A DNA stretch of 48,360 nt from a virus (IMGVR_UViG_3300037851_000323:1-48360), one strand, 5' to 3'. Shown: positions 17,878-27,396, numbered from the stretch's first letter. Numbers and translations: made by a program. The notes: generated from the letters alone by a model not told the origin.

Positions 17878-18696
17878 TTAGAGTTTTACCGCGTTAGCTT
17901 CCTTAATAGCTTTTTGGATTTGAGAGTAAAGACACTTATCCTTACTATCATTTGGATTCATAGTAACGTCAAACTCACGAGGAAGAGGAAGAACCGTCCC
18001 TGCGAACATCTCTTCATCCCCTTGAGTTAATATCTTAAATCGAGGAGGTTCTGACACTACGAAACCACCTCGTTTCTCAAAGAAATAAATCTCATCAAAT
18101 CCAACAGGAATACGAGCCGCGACCTTTTTACCGGCTGTCATTAGTTGCTTGGTAATCGTCGTTTTCCCTGTCATAGTATTAGTATTCTCAATGACAAGGA
18201 AGTGAGCCGTCATAATAAAATTACAGGGGAGGATATCTACAATCTGAAGGATTTGAGACATACCACGAGCCTCACCTCCGAAGTCCTCTACCCCTGCAAT
18301 TTCAAGAACTCCACGTTTCTTTCCTTTAGTCTCCTGATTTCCTCCGCGTAGAGAAATCATGTAAGAAATAAGGTTCTCTCCTAGCATAGTTAAACCATCA
18401 AAGATAACAGTATCATAGGGACAATTATCTTGGAGGTTCTCAATATCCCGTAGGAGTTTTTCAAAATCTGTAGGTTTGGAAGTATAGTGTCTACGCTCAA
18501 TAAGATTTAGCTTATTGGGATAGAAGTTAACAATAGGAGCGGCTCTTCCATCTAGATCCATTAGAAGGACACGCTTATTTTCCGTGCAAGTTGGAGCATA
18601 GACCCATGATGCTGCTTGGACAGTCTTAGAGGTCTTAGGCTTCCCAATGAAAAGAGCCTTAAATCGTTGGCCCATTTTGAAATCTGACATTAGCAT
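17878..18696 (-). CDS. AAA ATPase (Sak4-like recombination ATPase)
   Basis: GKPKTSKT Walker A, LLMDLD, VIFDGLT Walker B, MTAH, FDEIY. Confidence 0.75.
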   Translation of the reverse strand: MLMSDFKMGQRFKALFIGKPKTSKTVQAASWVYAPTCTENKRVLLMDLDGRAAPIVNFYPNKLNLIERRHYTSKPTDFEKLLRDIENLQDNCPYDTVIFDGLTMLGENLISYMISLRGGNQETKGKKRGVLEIAGVEDFGGEARGMSQILQIVDILPCNFIMTAHFLVIENTNTMTGKTTITKQLMTAGKKVAARIPVGFDEIYFFEKRGGFVVSEPPRFKILTQGDEEMFAGTVLPLPREFDVTMNPNDSKDKCLYSQIQKAIKEANAVKL

Positions 18697-18864
18697 TTAA
18701 CTAATCTCTTTAATTTTAATATCTTCTACTGAACCCAAGTATCCATCAGCGAAGTGTAAGAGGTTATCCTCTATTTGATCTTTGGCATCTCCTGTGTAAT
18801 TTGATGTAATATAATCCTCTTCATCATAGATTATGATAAGTTCAACCTTTATCTTTTTTAGCAT
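18697..18864 (-). CDS. Small hypothetical protein (55 aa)
   Basis: MLKKIKVELIIIYDEED...; abuts the ATPase start. Confidence 0.5.
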   Translation of the reverse strand: MLKKIKVELIIIYDEEDYITSNYTGDAKDQIEDNLLHFADGYLGSVEDIKIKEIS

Positions 18865-19001
18865 ACTTCTTTTTCTTTCCTATTCAACCTCTGAGTTTGC
18901 AGATAAAGTTTCACCCTTAGATTAAGTGATCTTACTTCTGGACACAATTCCTTTGCTAGGTTTAGCTTCTTTTTCCTTTTGGTTTCTCTCTTATTAAACA
19001 T
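18858..19001 (-). CDS. Small basic hypothetical protein (47 aa)
   Basis: MFNKRETKRKKKLNLAKELC...; overlaps both neighbours by a few nt. Confidence 0.45.
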   Translation of the reverse strand: MFNKRETKRKKKLNLAKELCPEVRSLNLRVKLYLQTQRLNRKEKEVC

Positions 19002-19278
19002 AAAGGATAATCTTTCTGATTCCTGCCTCTGCAATTCTAATCATGCATTCAGGACAAGGATGCCCATTTCCAATGCCCGTCTTCTTAATCATCAAGGTAT
19101 AAAGAACCGCTCCCTTAGCAGATTCTCCTGCTTCATACAATGCTGCCTCTTCAGCGTGCATATTGTGATTAATTCCCACCCCAAGAATTCTTTTCCCTTG
19201 TGCTACAATTGCCGCGTGCTTATACCGTGGATGTGGAGAATGAGAGGATAGCTGCATCAGCATGCTTCGGAATCTCAT
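18994..19278 (-). CDS. Cytidine/dCMP deaminase-fold protein
   Basis: HAE and PCPEC zinc/catalytic motifs, with AGIRKI at the C-terminus. Confidence 0.85.
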   Translation of the reverse strand: MRFRSMLMQLSSHSPHPRYKHAAIVAQGKRILGVGINHNMHAEEAALYEAGESAKGAVLYTLMIKKTGIGNGHPCPECMIRIAEAGIRKIILYV

Positions 19279-19406
19279 ATTTACTCCAGCAAAGAGACGC
19301 GTTAGAACTCATAACTCCAAGAGTCATAATTTCTGCGGTTAAAAGAGAAGCAAGAGCAAAAATATCTTCTCTACTTCCATATGCCTGGATACATTCACGC
19401 TCGATT

Positions 19407-20249
19407 CTAATTCTCATTGAAGACATCGTGGGTTTCCCCAATTTTGAAGAAACGGGAGAGATATTCTGGGCGTAGCTTGGGTGCAGTAAGACAAATATCC
19501 TTAAAGAAACAGCCCGAATACTCATCACATTTAGTAAAATCTGGGGGATACTGTTTCAGTTTATTGCAGTTATTAATATAGATTGCACGCGCAACTGTCC
19601 ACTCAACCCAATCGTCCAAAACCTCTTTAGTGTAAGGCAGAAAATGGCGTACAAATTTCTCTTTAGGGGGAAGAGTCTTCTGAAAACCAATTTTATTAAC
19701 CATTGCCATACGCTTGGCTCCAAAGGTTTGTCCTACTACGGTATAACCCATAAACTGATTGGACAAACCCGAGGGTTCAGAATTCCTTGATCCTGTTTTA
19801 TGATCCGTAACAAGAATAATATCCTGAAGCGGATTCTGGAAAACAACATCAAACTTTCCCTCAAAGATTATCTTATAATCATCATCTTCATATAAGACAT
19901 ATGCAAAGGGGGCTTCAACAGCAATAGGAATGAGGGGATCATCTTTGTAATAGGTGAAATATTCCCTTGCCGTTTTGATGCAGAGAGCTACATCTTCTGA
20001 GATCAAACCTGTATCAATCGCTGAGGATTGAAGCTCTTTTAAAGCCTTCTCCGTTCTCTGTTCCCAAGGAATCCCATTCATTTGGTCTTTGTAGTAGCTT
20101 TCCATTGCGGCATGAATAACGGTACCTTTATCAAGGGCTGGGGCAGAGGACATGGGTTGTCTAAGTTGGTTTACAGTATAATCATACTTCCGCATACATG
20201 AGGAGTAATTTAATGCTGTAGACCAAACTGTAAGTGTTTCTTGACTCAT
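19407..20249 (-). CDS. PD-(D/E)xK exonuclease (RecB/Cas4-like)
   Basis: GTVIH, VEAPF, GKFD, DHKT, QFMGY. One N-terminal Cys plus three C-terminal Cys (CDEYSGCFFKDIC). Confidence 0.82.
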   Translation of the reverse strand: MSQETLTVWSTALNYSSCMRKYDYTVNQLRQPMSSAPALDKGTVIHAAMESYYKDQMNGIPWEQRTEKALKELQSSAIDTGLISEDVALCIKTAREYFTYYKDDPLIPIAVEAPFAYVLYEDDDYKIIFEGKFDVVFQNPLQDIILVTDHKTGSRNSEPSGLSNQFMGYTVVGQTFGAKRMAMVNKIGFQKTLPPKEKFVRHFLPYTKEVLDDWVEWTVARAIYINNCNKLKQYPPDFTKCDEYSGCFFKDICLTAPKLRPEYLSRFFKIGETHDVFNEN

Positions 20250-20392
20250 ACAAAATACATTTCCTTAAAACCTAGAATATGCCTCAAGGCTCTCCGCACC
20301 ATGCAGAGAGCCAATTCCTTATCTGATGTCCAGTCTTTCTGTAGGTCACTAAGGATTTCACTGGCTGCTTTAGAGAGAATATCTTCAGCCAT
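20246..20392 (-). CDS. Hypothetical protein
   Basis: ATG 20392 preceded by GGAGG. Stop overlaps the nuclease start. Confidence 0.5.
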   Translation of the reverse strand: MAEDILSKAASEILSDLQKDWTSDKELALCMVRRALRHILGFKEMYFV

Positions 20393-20633
20393 CGTATTCC
20401 TCCGAAGAAATCCCCAGCCTAATATAATTACCATATCCATGTCTAAGTTGAGAAGCATAATCCATAGCTAGTTTAAAATCTCTATAGATAAAAGTCCTAT
20501 GAGCCGCTTCATTAAAACTCTGATTAATCTTTCTCTTTAGGAGTCCAGTCTCAGTATTCTTAAGTCTAATCCAAGTCTTATGATCGCATGGTTTAGACAG
20601 TAAATATCTACAAGTCTCGAGCGTCATATTCAA
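20385..20633 (-). CDS. Hypothetical protein
   Basis: GGAGG RBS upstream. 82 aa. Confidence 0.55.
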   Translation of the reverse strand: MNMTLETCRYLLSKPCDHKTWIRLKNTETGLLKRKINQSFNEAAHRTFIYRDFKLAMDYASQLRHGYGNYIRLGISSEEYDG

Positions 20634-20675
20634 TACCTCCTACAAAGCCTATGCAATAGCACAGGCTCAAACGAG

Positions 20676-21509
20676 TTATTGACAGACAAAGTAGGATATA
20701 TGAGAAATTTCCTTTTGGCACGTACCCATTGCTACAAAACCCTCACAAGTATTATAGGAGCAGAGGATTTGATTAGCATAGACATTTAAGTAATAACGAT
20801 ATTTAGTTCCGGCCTTTACAAGAGCGACCTTAGCAGCAGATGATGCTTGACTACAATAGCTAGAAAATTCATTAGGTTTCGAAGCTAGCTTATAAGGTCC
20901 GGGAAAAACATTTGCATTAACCCATGCCGTCTCTGTTGCATCTCCAGAATTGGGGAGGCTAAATCCTTGAGGATGATTAGATGATGCAGGTGTATTTTCA
21001 CAGGATGGAGATGGAGATGGAGATGGAGATGGAGATGGACAGGGACTTGGGTCATGTAAATTGATAACCGCTCCCTTGAAGAATCCACTTCCACCTAAAG
21101 TATAAGGATCTGCTGGACAAGTAATATCAGAGCGAACGGCATCAAGCTGAAGAATTGATTTACCACAAATTTTAATCGACATTGGAACGATAGTAGTTCC
21201 ATTTGGAGCGGAAAATGGATAAGAGCCAAGTAAAACTTGATGGGCAAAATCAGCCGCATCATATACGCAGACCTTACCTTCCGTTGTGTAATTGCGATTC
21301 GACACTATCGTAAGCTTTCCTGTCCCATCTTCAAACCTAAACTGAATATCAGGAGTGTCTTCTATGGGCGCCGCCGGGTTTGTTATTGTCTTAACTGCTA
21401 CCGGCTCAGGAGTAGATAGCTCTATTGGATCATCTGGTACTGAAGGTCCACTATCACAGGACTGAAACACCAGCAATAGACCCAACACTACTAGGGCTTT
21501 TCTACTCAT
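20676..21509 (-). CDS. Putative lipoprotein with a (Pro-Ser)n linker and Cys-containing domains
   Basis: MSRKALVVLGLLLVFQSC signal peptide/lipobox-like N-terminus, CPSPSPSPSPSPSC linker, C-terminal VKAG...ISHISY. Confidence 0.7.
   Translation of the reverse strand: MSRKALVVLGLLLVFQSCDSGPSVPDDPIELSTPEPVAVKTITNPAAPIEDTPDIQFRFEDGTGKLTIVSNRNYTTEGKVCVYDAADFAHQVLLGSYPFSAPNGTTIVPMSIKICGKSILQLDAVRSDITCPADPYTLGGSGFFKGAVINLHDPSPCPSPSPSPSPSPSCENTPASSNHPQGFSLPNSGDATETAWVNANVFPGPYKLASKPNEFSSYCSQASSAAKVALVKAGTKYRYYLNVYANQILCSYNTCEGFVAMGTCQKEISHISYFVCQ
21005..21038. repeat. (GATGGA)n hexamer tandem encoding the Pro-Ser linker
   Basis: atggagatggagatggagatggagatggagatgg. Confidence 0.8.
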
Positions 21510-21706
21510 AGGAAATAATAAGTACCTTTTAACTTTGGACAGTCCCACCAATACTTATGGGCTTTTTTCTTGCACTCCGGGCATTCAAGCACAGAGCGCA
21601 GATTCGAAAGGTCATACTCTTTTCGCGGAGATAAGTCTGCCTTGCATAGTAGGCACGTATAATCGTCGCTATGATATTTACCGCAAAAAGGGCAATGATT
21701 ATCCAT
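21506..21706 (-). CDS. Small zinc-finger protein
   Basis: CPFC, CLLC and CPEC motifs. Confidence 0.55.
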   Translation of the reverse strand: MDNHCPFCGKYHSDDYTCLLCKADLSPRKEYDLSNLRSVLECPECKKKAHKYWWDCPKLKGTYYFL

Positions 21707-21715
21707 AATTGCACC

Positions 21716-21910
21716 TTATTCAAATATAACTCCCTCCTCTTCTAGATTAAGAAAAAAGTAGTTATCAATATGGTTCAAAAGCAGTGATCTCTGACTTTTT
21801 GTTAATTGTTCTTCACAATACTTATCCGTCTTATTCATACCAGCATAAATAGCATTCTCAAGAGCAGTCGATAAGATATCATAGGGATTTTTATTAATTT
21901 TAATTTTCAC
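21716..21910 (-). CDS. Hypothetical protein
   Basis: 64 aa ORF tiling with its neighbours. Confidence 0.55.
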   Translation of the reverse strand: MKIKINKNPYDILSTALENAIYAGMNKTDKYCEEQLTKSQRSLLLNHIDNYFFLNLEEEGVIFE

Positions 21911-22592
21911 TTTTGCACCCAGCCGGCTTCATCACCGGGACATTGATCCATTTATTAGCCATCCACCAATCCCATCCTGTAGAATCGTAATTAACGGCAT
22001 GACGATAGCCTACCAAACCGATATTCTTGGCGTAGAGGTAGCGTTCTCCCAAATAGTCCCATTCAATAACTTCAGTCTCTCCTAGATCGCCACCGAGGTC
22101 TTGATACCTATGATCCACGAGGCCGACCTTGGCATAGTGATGTCTCACATCTCCTATGTCGCAGGAATAGAGATTAAAGAGTCGTAGGACGCTAGTCCAA
22201 GAGTAAGTCTCTCCGATCCGCATGGAAGCCTTAGCCCAGACGAAGTTGTCGAGGGTATAGTATCGGTCTAGACGCCAAGTGCGATCCTCGAGAAGGAAGA
22301 TATCTCCATCCTGTTTGATTTTGCTATAATGTTGTGGTTTATCCGTGCCCCACGACCAGCAATATACAATATTGTCTTCCCTAGCATAAACGAGAGTACC
22401 AATCTGACCCGTCAAGGCGCGGCCGGGAATAGGTCTTGGCATCATAAAATCTGCCATTTCCACCGGTTCCGTTCGATCAATGATGGGTTTCTTTGGAATC
22501 GAAATATCTTCTTCTATATTTGTCGGGGAGGAGATTCCCTTATTACATCCAATAAAAATAATTATTCCTAAAGCTACAATGTAATTCCTCAT
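21900..22592 (-). CDS. Putative lipoprotein
   Basis: MRNYIVALGIIIFIGC lipobox and a beta-rich body ending YAKNIGLV. Confidence 0.7.
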   Translation of the reverse strand: MRNYIVALGIIIFIGCNKGISSPTNIEEDISIPKKPIIDRTEPVEMADFMMPRPIPGRALTGQIGTLVYAREDNIVYCWSWGTDKPQHYSKIKQDGDIFLLEDRTWRLDRYYTLDNFVWAKASMRIGETYSWTSVLRLFNLYSCDIGDVRHHYAKVGLVDHRYQDLGGDLGETEVIEWDYLGERYLYAKNIGLVGYRHAVNYDSTGWDWWMANKWINVPVMKPAGCKSEN

Positions 22593-24142
22593 GATTTCAC
22601 CATAATATCCATCAATTCACGCATAAAATCAGATTGCTCCCAATCACCAATGTCATCCCCAACAGCTTTATGATGAATCTCTCGCTTTTTCTCTACAAGC
22701 TGAGCGTGGGCCTCGTCATATGTCTTACGCGCGACCATATAAGTTACTTCTACGTGGTCCGCTTTTGATCCAATTCTGGTGAATCTAGCTTCGGCCTGCT
22801 CTTCATTTGCAGCATTCCATTGTCGCTCAACCATGACAGCCCGCGAACAGAACTGAAAATTCTTTCCCTCACCGCATCCACGGGTAGACGCAATAAGAAT
22901 TCTTGCTCTTTCATCCTGCCTGAACTGGCACTCCAGTATTGAACTATCATACGAGCTAATTCCGCCCCGGATGCGGATACAAGGGGACAGATTTCTAGCT
23001 TGTAAAATTTTGTTAATTCCGGATTCGAGCATATCTCCGACAGCAATGTGCTCGATGAACAAGACAAGTTTTTCATTTCCTTCCCCATTCTGAGAGTCGA
23101 GGAAATCTTCTACAAAATCTATAGTAGGTTTGACCTTGGAAAGACCAATAATTTGATACATTAGCATCAATTGCTGCCTGGCTTTTGCTTTCTGTTCAAA
23201 TTTCTCTTGGACGGTTTCTCCCTTTGTAAGATGAGCAACCTTCCATTGTCCAAGCACGGTGCGATACTGCTTATCTACATCTTTATCTAATTCAAGAAAC
23301 CTAAAATTCCTCTGAATTGATGGAAGATCGGGAGCAACTTCTTTCCTTGTATAACCAAGAATAAAATTCTTAGTTATGGTACGAAACTCTGTAAGGTTTC
23401 TAGCTCCCCCATGACTAAAACCGTATCCTGTCCAATAAGAATCGACATAACGGGATATGAACGACGCCTCAGAGCGAAAGATATCTGGTCTGACAGCATG
23501 GAGTATTGGGTAATACTCCGCCATATGATTTTTAACTGGAGTACCTGATAGTCCAATGACATAATCCGCTCTTAATGCTACGTTCATGGCTGCTTGGGTG
23601 CGAGCCGCGCTTGTATTCTTTAGGTTTTGAACCTCATCCAAAATTACAGTTTTGAATGTTTCCTTTTTATGCCATTCGCATAGCTTCAACGTATCCATTG
23701 AGATAACGACGATATCAAAGCTATCCTTATGTAGAGGTTCCTTAGATGACTCAATCCTCTGAGCCATGATTCCAGCCCATTCAAAAAGCTCTAGAAACCA
23801 CTGAACAGTTAGGGAAGCCTTGCAAACTACTAGAGTTCTACCCATTTGAGATTCATAACGCTTGAGTAGATTACAAACTATAATAGTCTTACCTAGTCCC
23901 ATTTCATGCGTCAAAATACAGCGCAAACCTGACGCATGTGCAAACTCGCATGATCTCGCTTGAAAGGGATACATCTTGAGACCTTTGCGAGAAAGAACGT
24001 CCTGCCAATCCGTATAGACTGGCAGGACGTCTTCAGTAATCTCGTGACCACATTTAAGCTTGATAGTATTCTGTCCGTTAAGACCGAATACCTCAGATTC
24101 CTTAAGTGTTATACGCTTACATTGTGGGCAGATTGGCTTCAT
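22589..24142 (-). CDS. SNF2-family (SF2) helicase with N-terminal Zn ribbon
   Basis: HEMGLGKT, ILDEVQ, LSGTPVKN, GEGKNF, EQAEARFTRIG. CPQC...CGH at the N-terminus. Confidence 0.9.
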   Translation of the reverse strand: MKPICPQCKRITLKESEVFGLNGQNTIKLKCGHEITEDVLPVYTDWQDVLSRKGLKMYPFQARSCEFAHASGLRCILTHEMGLGKTIIVCNLLKRYESQMGRTLVVCKASLTVQWFLELFEWAGIMAQRIESSKEPLHKDSFDIVVISMDTLKLCEWHKKETFKTVILDEVQNLKNTSAARTQAAMNVALRADYVIGLSGTPVKNHMAEYYPILHAVRPDIFRSEASFISRYVDSYWTGYGFSHGGARNLTEFRTITKNFILGYTRKEVAPDLPSIQRNFRFLELDKDVDKQYRTVLGQWKVAHLTKGETVQEKFEQKAKARQQLMLMYQIIGLSKVKPTIDFVEDFLDSQNGEGNEKLVLFIEHIAVGDMLESGINKILQARNLSPCIRIRGGISSYDSSILECQFRQDERARILIASTRGCGEGKNFQFCSRAVMVERQWNAANEEQAEARFTRIGSKADHVEVTYMVARKTYDEAHAQLVEKKREIHHKAVGDDIGDWEQSDFMRELMDIMVKS

Positions 24143-24314
24143 ATACAGGAAAGGCAGTTAGGATGTCAACAGCGGCGTCCCTATTTGGTGTAGAGAATTG
24201 AAGGGGTTTAGGCTCGTCCTTGAAATAAATGAGAATGATATAGTCACCATTCTCATCAAGACTTGTGTGTGAGAAGATAGGTGTCATTATTTTAGCCTCT
24301 TTTTATTCAAGCTC

Positions 24315-24488
24315 TTATTTTAGCTTCTTTTCATTCTCAAGCTCTCTAAGACGCTTTAGAAGCCGTTCCTTCCTATGCTCCTCTGTTTCCTTTCCAGCAG
24401 GGGGCTTGTATCCAGCGGAAATACGTCTGTCACATTTGGCAAGGCGACGGCTGATACGGGCAATTTCAGAGTCAATATACACCATCAT
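24315..24488 (-). CDS. Small basic coiled-coil protein (57 aa)
   Basis: MMVYIDSEIARISRRLAKC...; GGAG upstream. Confidence 0.5.
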   Translation of the reverse strand: MMVYIDSEIARISRRLAKCDRRISAGYKPPAGKETEEHRKERLLKRLRELENEKKLK

Positions 24489-24527
24489 TTTACAATCTCC
24501 CTCATTTAGAGTATAGATGAAAGAGCT

Positions 24528-24650
24528 TTATTCGTCAAGCTTATCATAATCAGAGTACATTGCACTATTGAAGCCTTCACTCCATCCATTGCTTCGTCCA
24601 ATGAGATAGGCAAAAGCAACTATGACGAGCCAAGATAAAGTGGTTTCCAT
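24528..24650 (-). CDS. Small membrane protein (40 aa)
   Basis: METTLSWLVIVAFAYLIGRSNGW...; TAATG coupling to the upstream gene. Confidence 0.45.
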   Translation of the reverse strand: METTLSWLVIVAFAYLIGRSNGWSEGFNSAMYSDYDKLDE

Positions 24651-24895
24651 TAGATTTCTTCCTTTTCTATTTCCTTTTCCATCTCGGCGATTCTGATACC
24701 TCGTCCGAGTTTTGCAATACCAGTAGGGGTGAGATAGAAGGAACGGGGAGTAACTGAGCGCCGTGGCAGCTTCATAAACTTCTTTTTCTCGAGGTCAAAG
24801 TTGGGAATGGGGCGGAGATCCTCGGCCGCACCTTCGACACCAATTTTTGCTATAAGATTGAGTTTCCAGCCGTTCTGAACCTTTCCAATCTTCAT
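24650..24895 (-). CDS. Hypothetical protein
   Basis: 81 aa; ATGA coupling. Confidence 0.55.
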   Translation of the reverse strand: MKIGKVQNGWKLNLIAKIGVEGAAEDLRPIPNFDLEKKKFMKLPRRSVTPRSFYLTPTGIAKLGRGIRIAEMEKEIEKEEI

Positions 24896-25128
24896 TTCTG
24901 AGCCTCTAGCCTATCAAGAATAGAGTGAACGAGGGATGTCCAGCCATTAGGATGGAAGTGAATAACATCTTCAATTCCGAAAACTCCCGTCTGATCTTCT
25001 GTATTCCATATTGCAGCATCATAGAGGGATACATCAAACAGTTTCGCACCTTTATTGTGAGTGTAAATGTGTCCAATTGGGAATCCGTTAACGTCTGCTG
25101 TGATTCGCAGCATTGAGAATTCTCCCAT
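24892..25128 (-). CDS. Hypothetical protein
   Basis: 78 aa ORF tiling with its neighbours. Confidence 0.55.
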   Translation of the reverse strand: MGEFSMLRITADVNGFPIGHIYTHNKGAKLFDVSLYDAAIWNTEDQTGVFGIEDVIHFHPNGWTSLVHSILDRLEAQK

Positions 25129-25459
25129 TTATTTTTTTCTTTCCAAACTTCAATGCTTCTTGATGACTTTCAATGTAAATGTCAATATGATGTCCCTTTA
25201 TCAGTCTTCCTGTATCCTTACAGGAAAACACTCCTAAACCCTCAATCCAAATATGACGGTTTAGGAGTTTCTTGTCACAGGCTGCAATACCCGGACGAAC
25301 AGGAAAACCGGATTTTGTAATACCATGCGTGTTTCCCGTGCAGAGGATACAAGCACAGTATGCTGTGACAAGAAACTCGGTTATCACATCAGCAGCAGAA
25401 CTGGCAGGGGATGGCGTCGATTGAGAATGCTGCACGCCGCTTTGGCATTCCCGAGCCAT
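25088..25459 (-). CDS. 3D (Asp-Asp-Asp) domain protein, MltA-like cell-wall domain
   Basis: VTAYC..C...GITKSG...GIAACD...DTG..IKG..IDIY signature. Confidence 0.8.
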   Translation of the reverse strand: MARECQSGVQHSQSTPSPASSAADVITEFLVTAYCACILCTGNTHGITKSGFPVRPGIAACDKKLLNRHIWIEGLGVFSCKDTGRLIKGHHIDIYIESHQEALKFGKKKINGRILNAANHSRR

Positions 25460-25568
25460 GACGCTTTACGGCTCTTCGCTGTGTACGGCCGCAAGAGATG
25501 CACTTTGGAGCCTTTCTGGCTCGGTGTCCGGGACGGATGAACTTGGGCTTCCGTGTTGCCTTAGCCAT
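25389..25568 (-). CDS. Small basic Cys-containing protein
   Basis: GGAGG RBS; CISC...CQFCC. Confidence 0.45.
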   Translation of the reverse strand: MAKATRKPKFIRPGHRARKAPKCISCGRTQRRAVKRHGSGMPKRRAAFSIDAIPCQFCC

Positions 25569-25869
25569 TGTCATTCCTCCTATATACTGGTCTACGAGAA
25601 TACGACTCGAATCCTTCACATCTCATCTGGTTCAACGTTGCTACCAGGGTGCTGTACTTCTCGGAGCATTTCGTACAAAGGATATTTGGAGTATGGCAGT
25701 TATCCAATGTCTTTTGATCTAGCTTATTCATCTCTTTGCAACCTTTGCAAAGATAGATCAAATTTAGAGCATTGGAATCTCTCCATGTAGTCTTACATCC
25801 CCTACAGTGGATACATGGTTCATCCTGCTTGATTCGTATACGACTAAAAGAGTGTATATGTTCAATCAT
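25561..25869 (-). CDS. Cys-rich hypothetical protein
   Basis: Several CxxC motifs. Confidence 0.45.
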   Translation of the reverse strand: MIEHIHSFSRIRIKQDEPCIHCRGCKTTWRDSNALNLIYLCKGCKEMNKLDQKTLDNCHTPNILCTKCSEKYSTLVATLNQMRCEGFESYSRRPVYRRNDNG

Positions 25870-26094
25870 TACCCTGTCCCATACAAACTAAGCAGGGCTC
25901 ATCGTTAAAACGAATATACTTTAATGCTTCATACTTACCACAATATGTCCTATGGACCATATCTGAAATTTTTATCCATATATGTCCATCTCGAAATAGA
26001 TACTCAAATCCCTCATCTGTTGAAAGGATCATAAACCCCTCTAGATTGGCCTCGATTTATAATCAAAGCCAATCCAGAATTGTTTCTGCTTTGG

Positions 26095-26268
26095 CTAGAG
26101 TGTGGTAGTGGTGGTGGTATTGAAGTGCTCAAAGAGCATCCATTTGCCCTGGCTGAAGGTGATGTTAATGTAGTGGTCCGTCTCGGTGTGGTGCGGCTCC
26201 AGATAGGAGCAATCGGTCCTGCTGATCTCCACGACGTAGCACCTTGCCGACTCGTAGAACTTGCTCAT
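26095..26268 (-). CDS. Hypothetical protein with GC-richer codon usage
   Basis: AAGGAGG upstream of ATG AGC AAG (MSKFYESAR...). Confidence 0.45.
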   Translation of the reverse strand: MSKFYESARCYVVEISRTDCSYLEPHHTETDHYINITFSQGKWMLFEHFNTTTTTTL

Positions 26269-26290
26269 CACATCCTCCTTCAAATTTGGA

Positions 26291-26761
26291 TCAGGCGTGT
26301 TCGGCGCAATTGGTCTGTTCGGCGACCCACTTTTCGGCATCCTCCTTTGACATTCTAAGGATCTTCATCGCGGCTGCTACCTTCTTATCATTAGCTGTCA
26401 CTGGAATCCACTTGGGTTCCGTGGTCTTCGCCTTCCGCACGTTTTCCGGTTTGACAGTTTTGGGTCTGTACTGCCTATCCAGCTTAGCCAATGCCTCGCG
26501 CTGCTCGATTGAGAGTTGAAGCTTGCGGTTCTCGAGAGCGACGCGCGCACTCGTTGATGCAACCTTTACGATTCGAACGAAATCATCAAGCTTATGAACC
26601 CAGTCGAGGAGTTCCTTATCATCCATCTCGATGATTGACTTGACATTCTGGATGTCAAGGTTTGTAGGCTTTAGCTGAAAAGCATTGAAGAGCTCAATGT
26701 AAGTCTTCTCGTCGAAGTTCTGACGGTCTGTCAGGAATTTCGCGTCATCTTCGTTCAGCAT
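26291..26761 (-). CDS. Early hypothetical protein (coiled coil)
   Basis: 156 aa with GAGGA RBS, downstream of a consensus promoter. Confidence 0.7.
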   Translation of the reverse strand: MLNEDDAKFLTDRQNFDEKTYIELFNAFQLKPTNLDIQNVKSIIEMDDKELLDWVHKLDDFVRIVKVASTSARVALENRKLQLSIEQREALAKLDRQYRPKTVKPENVRKAKTTEPKWIPVTANDKKVAAAMKILRMSKEDAEKWVAEQTNCAEHA

Positions 26762-26874
26762 GTTTATCCTCTAAATTCCTTAGGAAAGATGGTAATGTTA
26801 GGAGATAGACAATAGGAGAGTGCAAACTTTGCGCTTACCGCAAGATTTGCGTCCTTGCTAAGCATCTCAAGTAT

Positions 26875-26903
26875 AATATAGGCTTAGACTTAGGTTTTGT
26901 CAA
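26875..26903 (-). promoter_or_regulatory. Sigma70-type promoter
   Basis: TTGACA-17 nt-TATATT on the minus strand. Confidence 0.75.
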
Positions 26904-27396
26904 GTGTATCATGGCATACGCCTGGGTCATGGGAGTATTCATAACATTCCCCCGAATATGGACCTTTAATGTTTGCCATGATGTTTGGTCCGGGGCCGCC
27001 CCATCCATAAACACCTCCCATAAGATCCTCTAGACTCTGCTCGCGTAGGGGCCCGGGGGGATTTTTCCAGTATGCTTTAAGATTATCTAATTCCTTCTCT
27101 TTAAATGGAACCGGTTTAACACAGGCGGCATCGGCCCGCCGGCCGCTCCCTCGTCTAGAGCAAACATTGCATAACATATGCTTTAATTTTATTTCATACT
27201 TTCCTATTACTACTAATCTATGAATGCATTTAGTACATCTATGGATATGTCCCATGATCTCTCTTGTTGGTACTCTCTTTCCACAAGCGTCGCATACCCA
27301 GTTATATATACCGTGCATATCGCTTCGGCTGAATCTGTGGTTTGGATAAATCCTATTCTTTCCTAGGAATGGATTCTTGTCGTAGCACTTGGTCAT
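26890..27396 (-). CDS. Cys-rich hypothetical protein (Zn-finger-like)
   Basis: CDAC, CTKC and CNVC motifs. Likely start is ATG 27396, because the track's N-terminal extension is the inverted-repeat arm. Confidence 0.55.
   Translation of the reverse strand: MTKCYDKNPFLGKNRIYPNHRFSRSDMHGIYNWVCDACGKRVPTREIMGHIHRCTKCIHRLVVIGKYEIKLKHMLCNVCSRRGSGRRADAACVKPVPFKEKELDNLKAYWKNPPGPLREQSLEDLMGGVYGWGGPGPNIMANIKGPYSGECYEYSHDPGVCHDTLDKT

Noticed and set aside
19407-20249. Cas4 as part of a CRISPR system
   Set aside because: It sits in the nuclease-ATPase-SSB recombination block typical of phages, with no array or other cas genes.
20885-21094. HLHLHL repeat ORF as a second His-rich substrate
   Set aside because: It is an alternative frame of the (Pro-Ser)n hexamer repeat within the lipoprotein gene.
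24140-24169. TTGACA promoter upstream of the helicase
   Set aside because: The implied -10 element overlaps the helicase start codon, so it cannot drive that gene.
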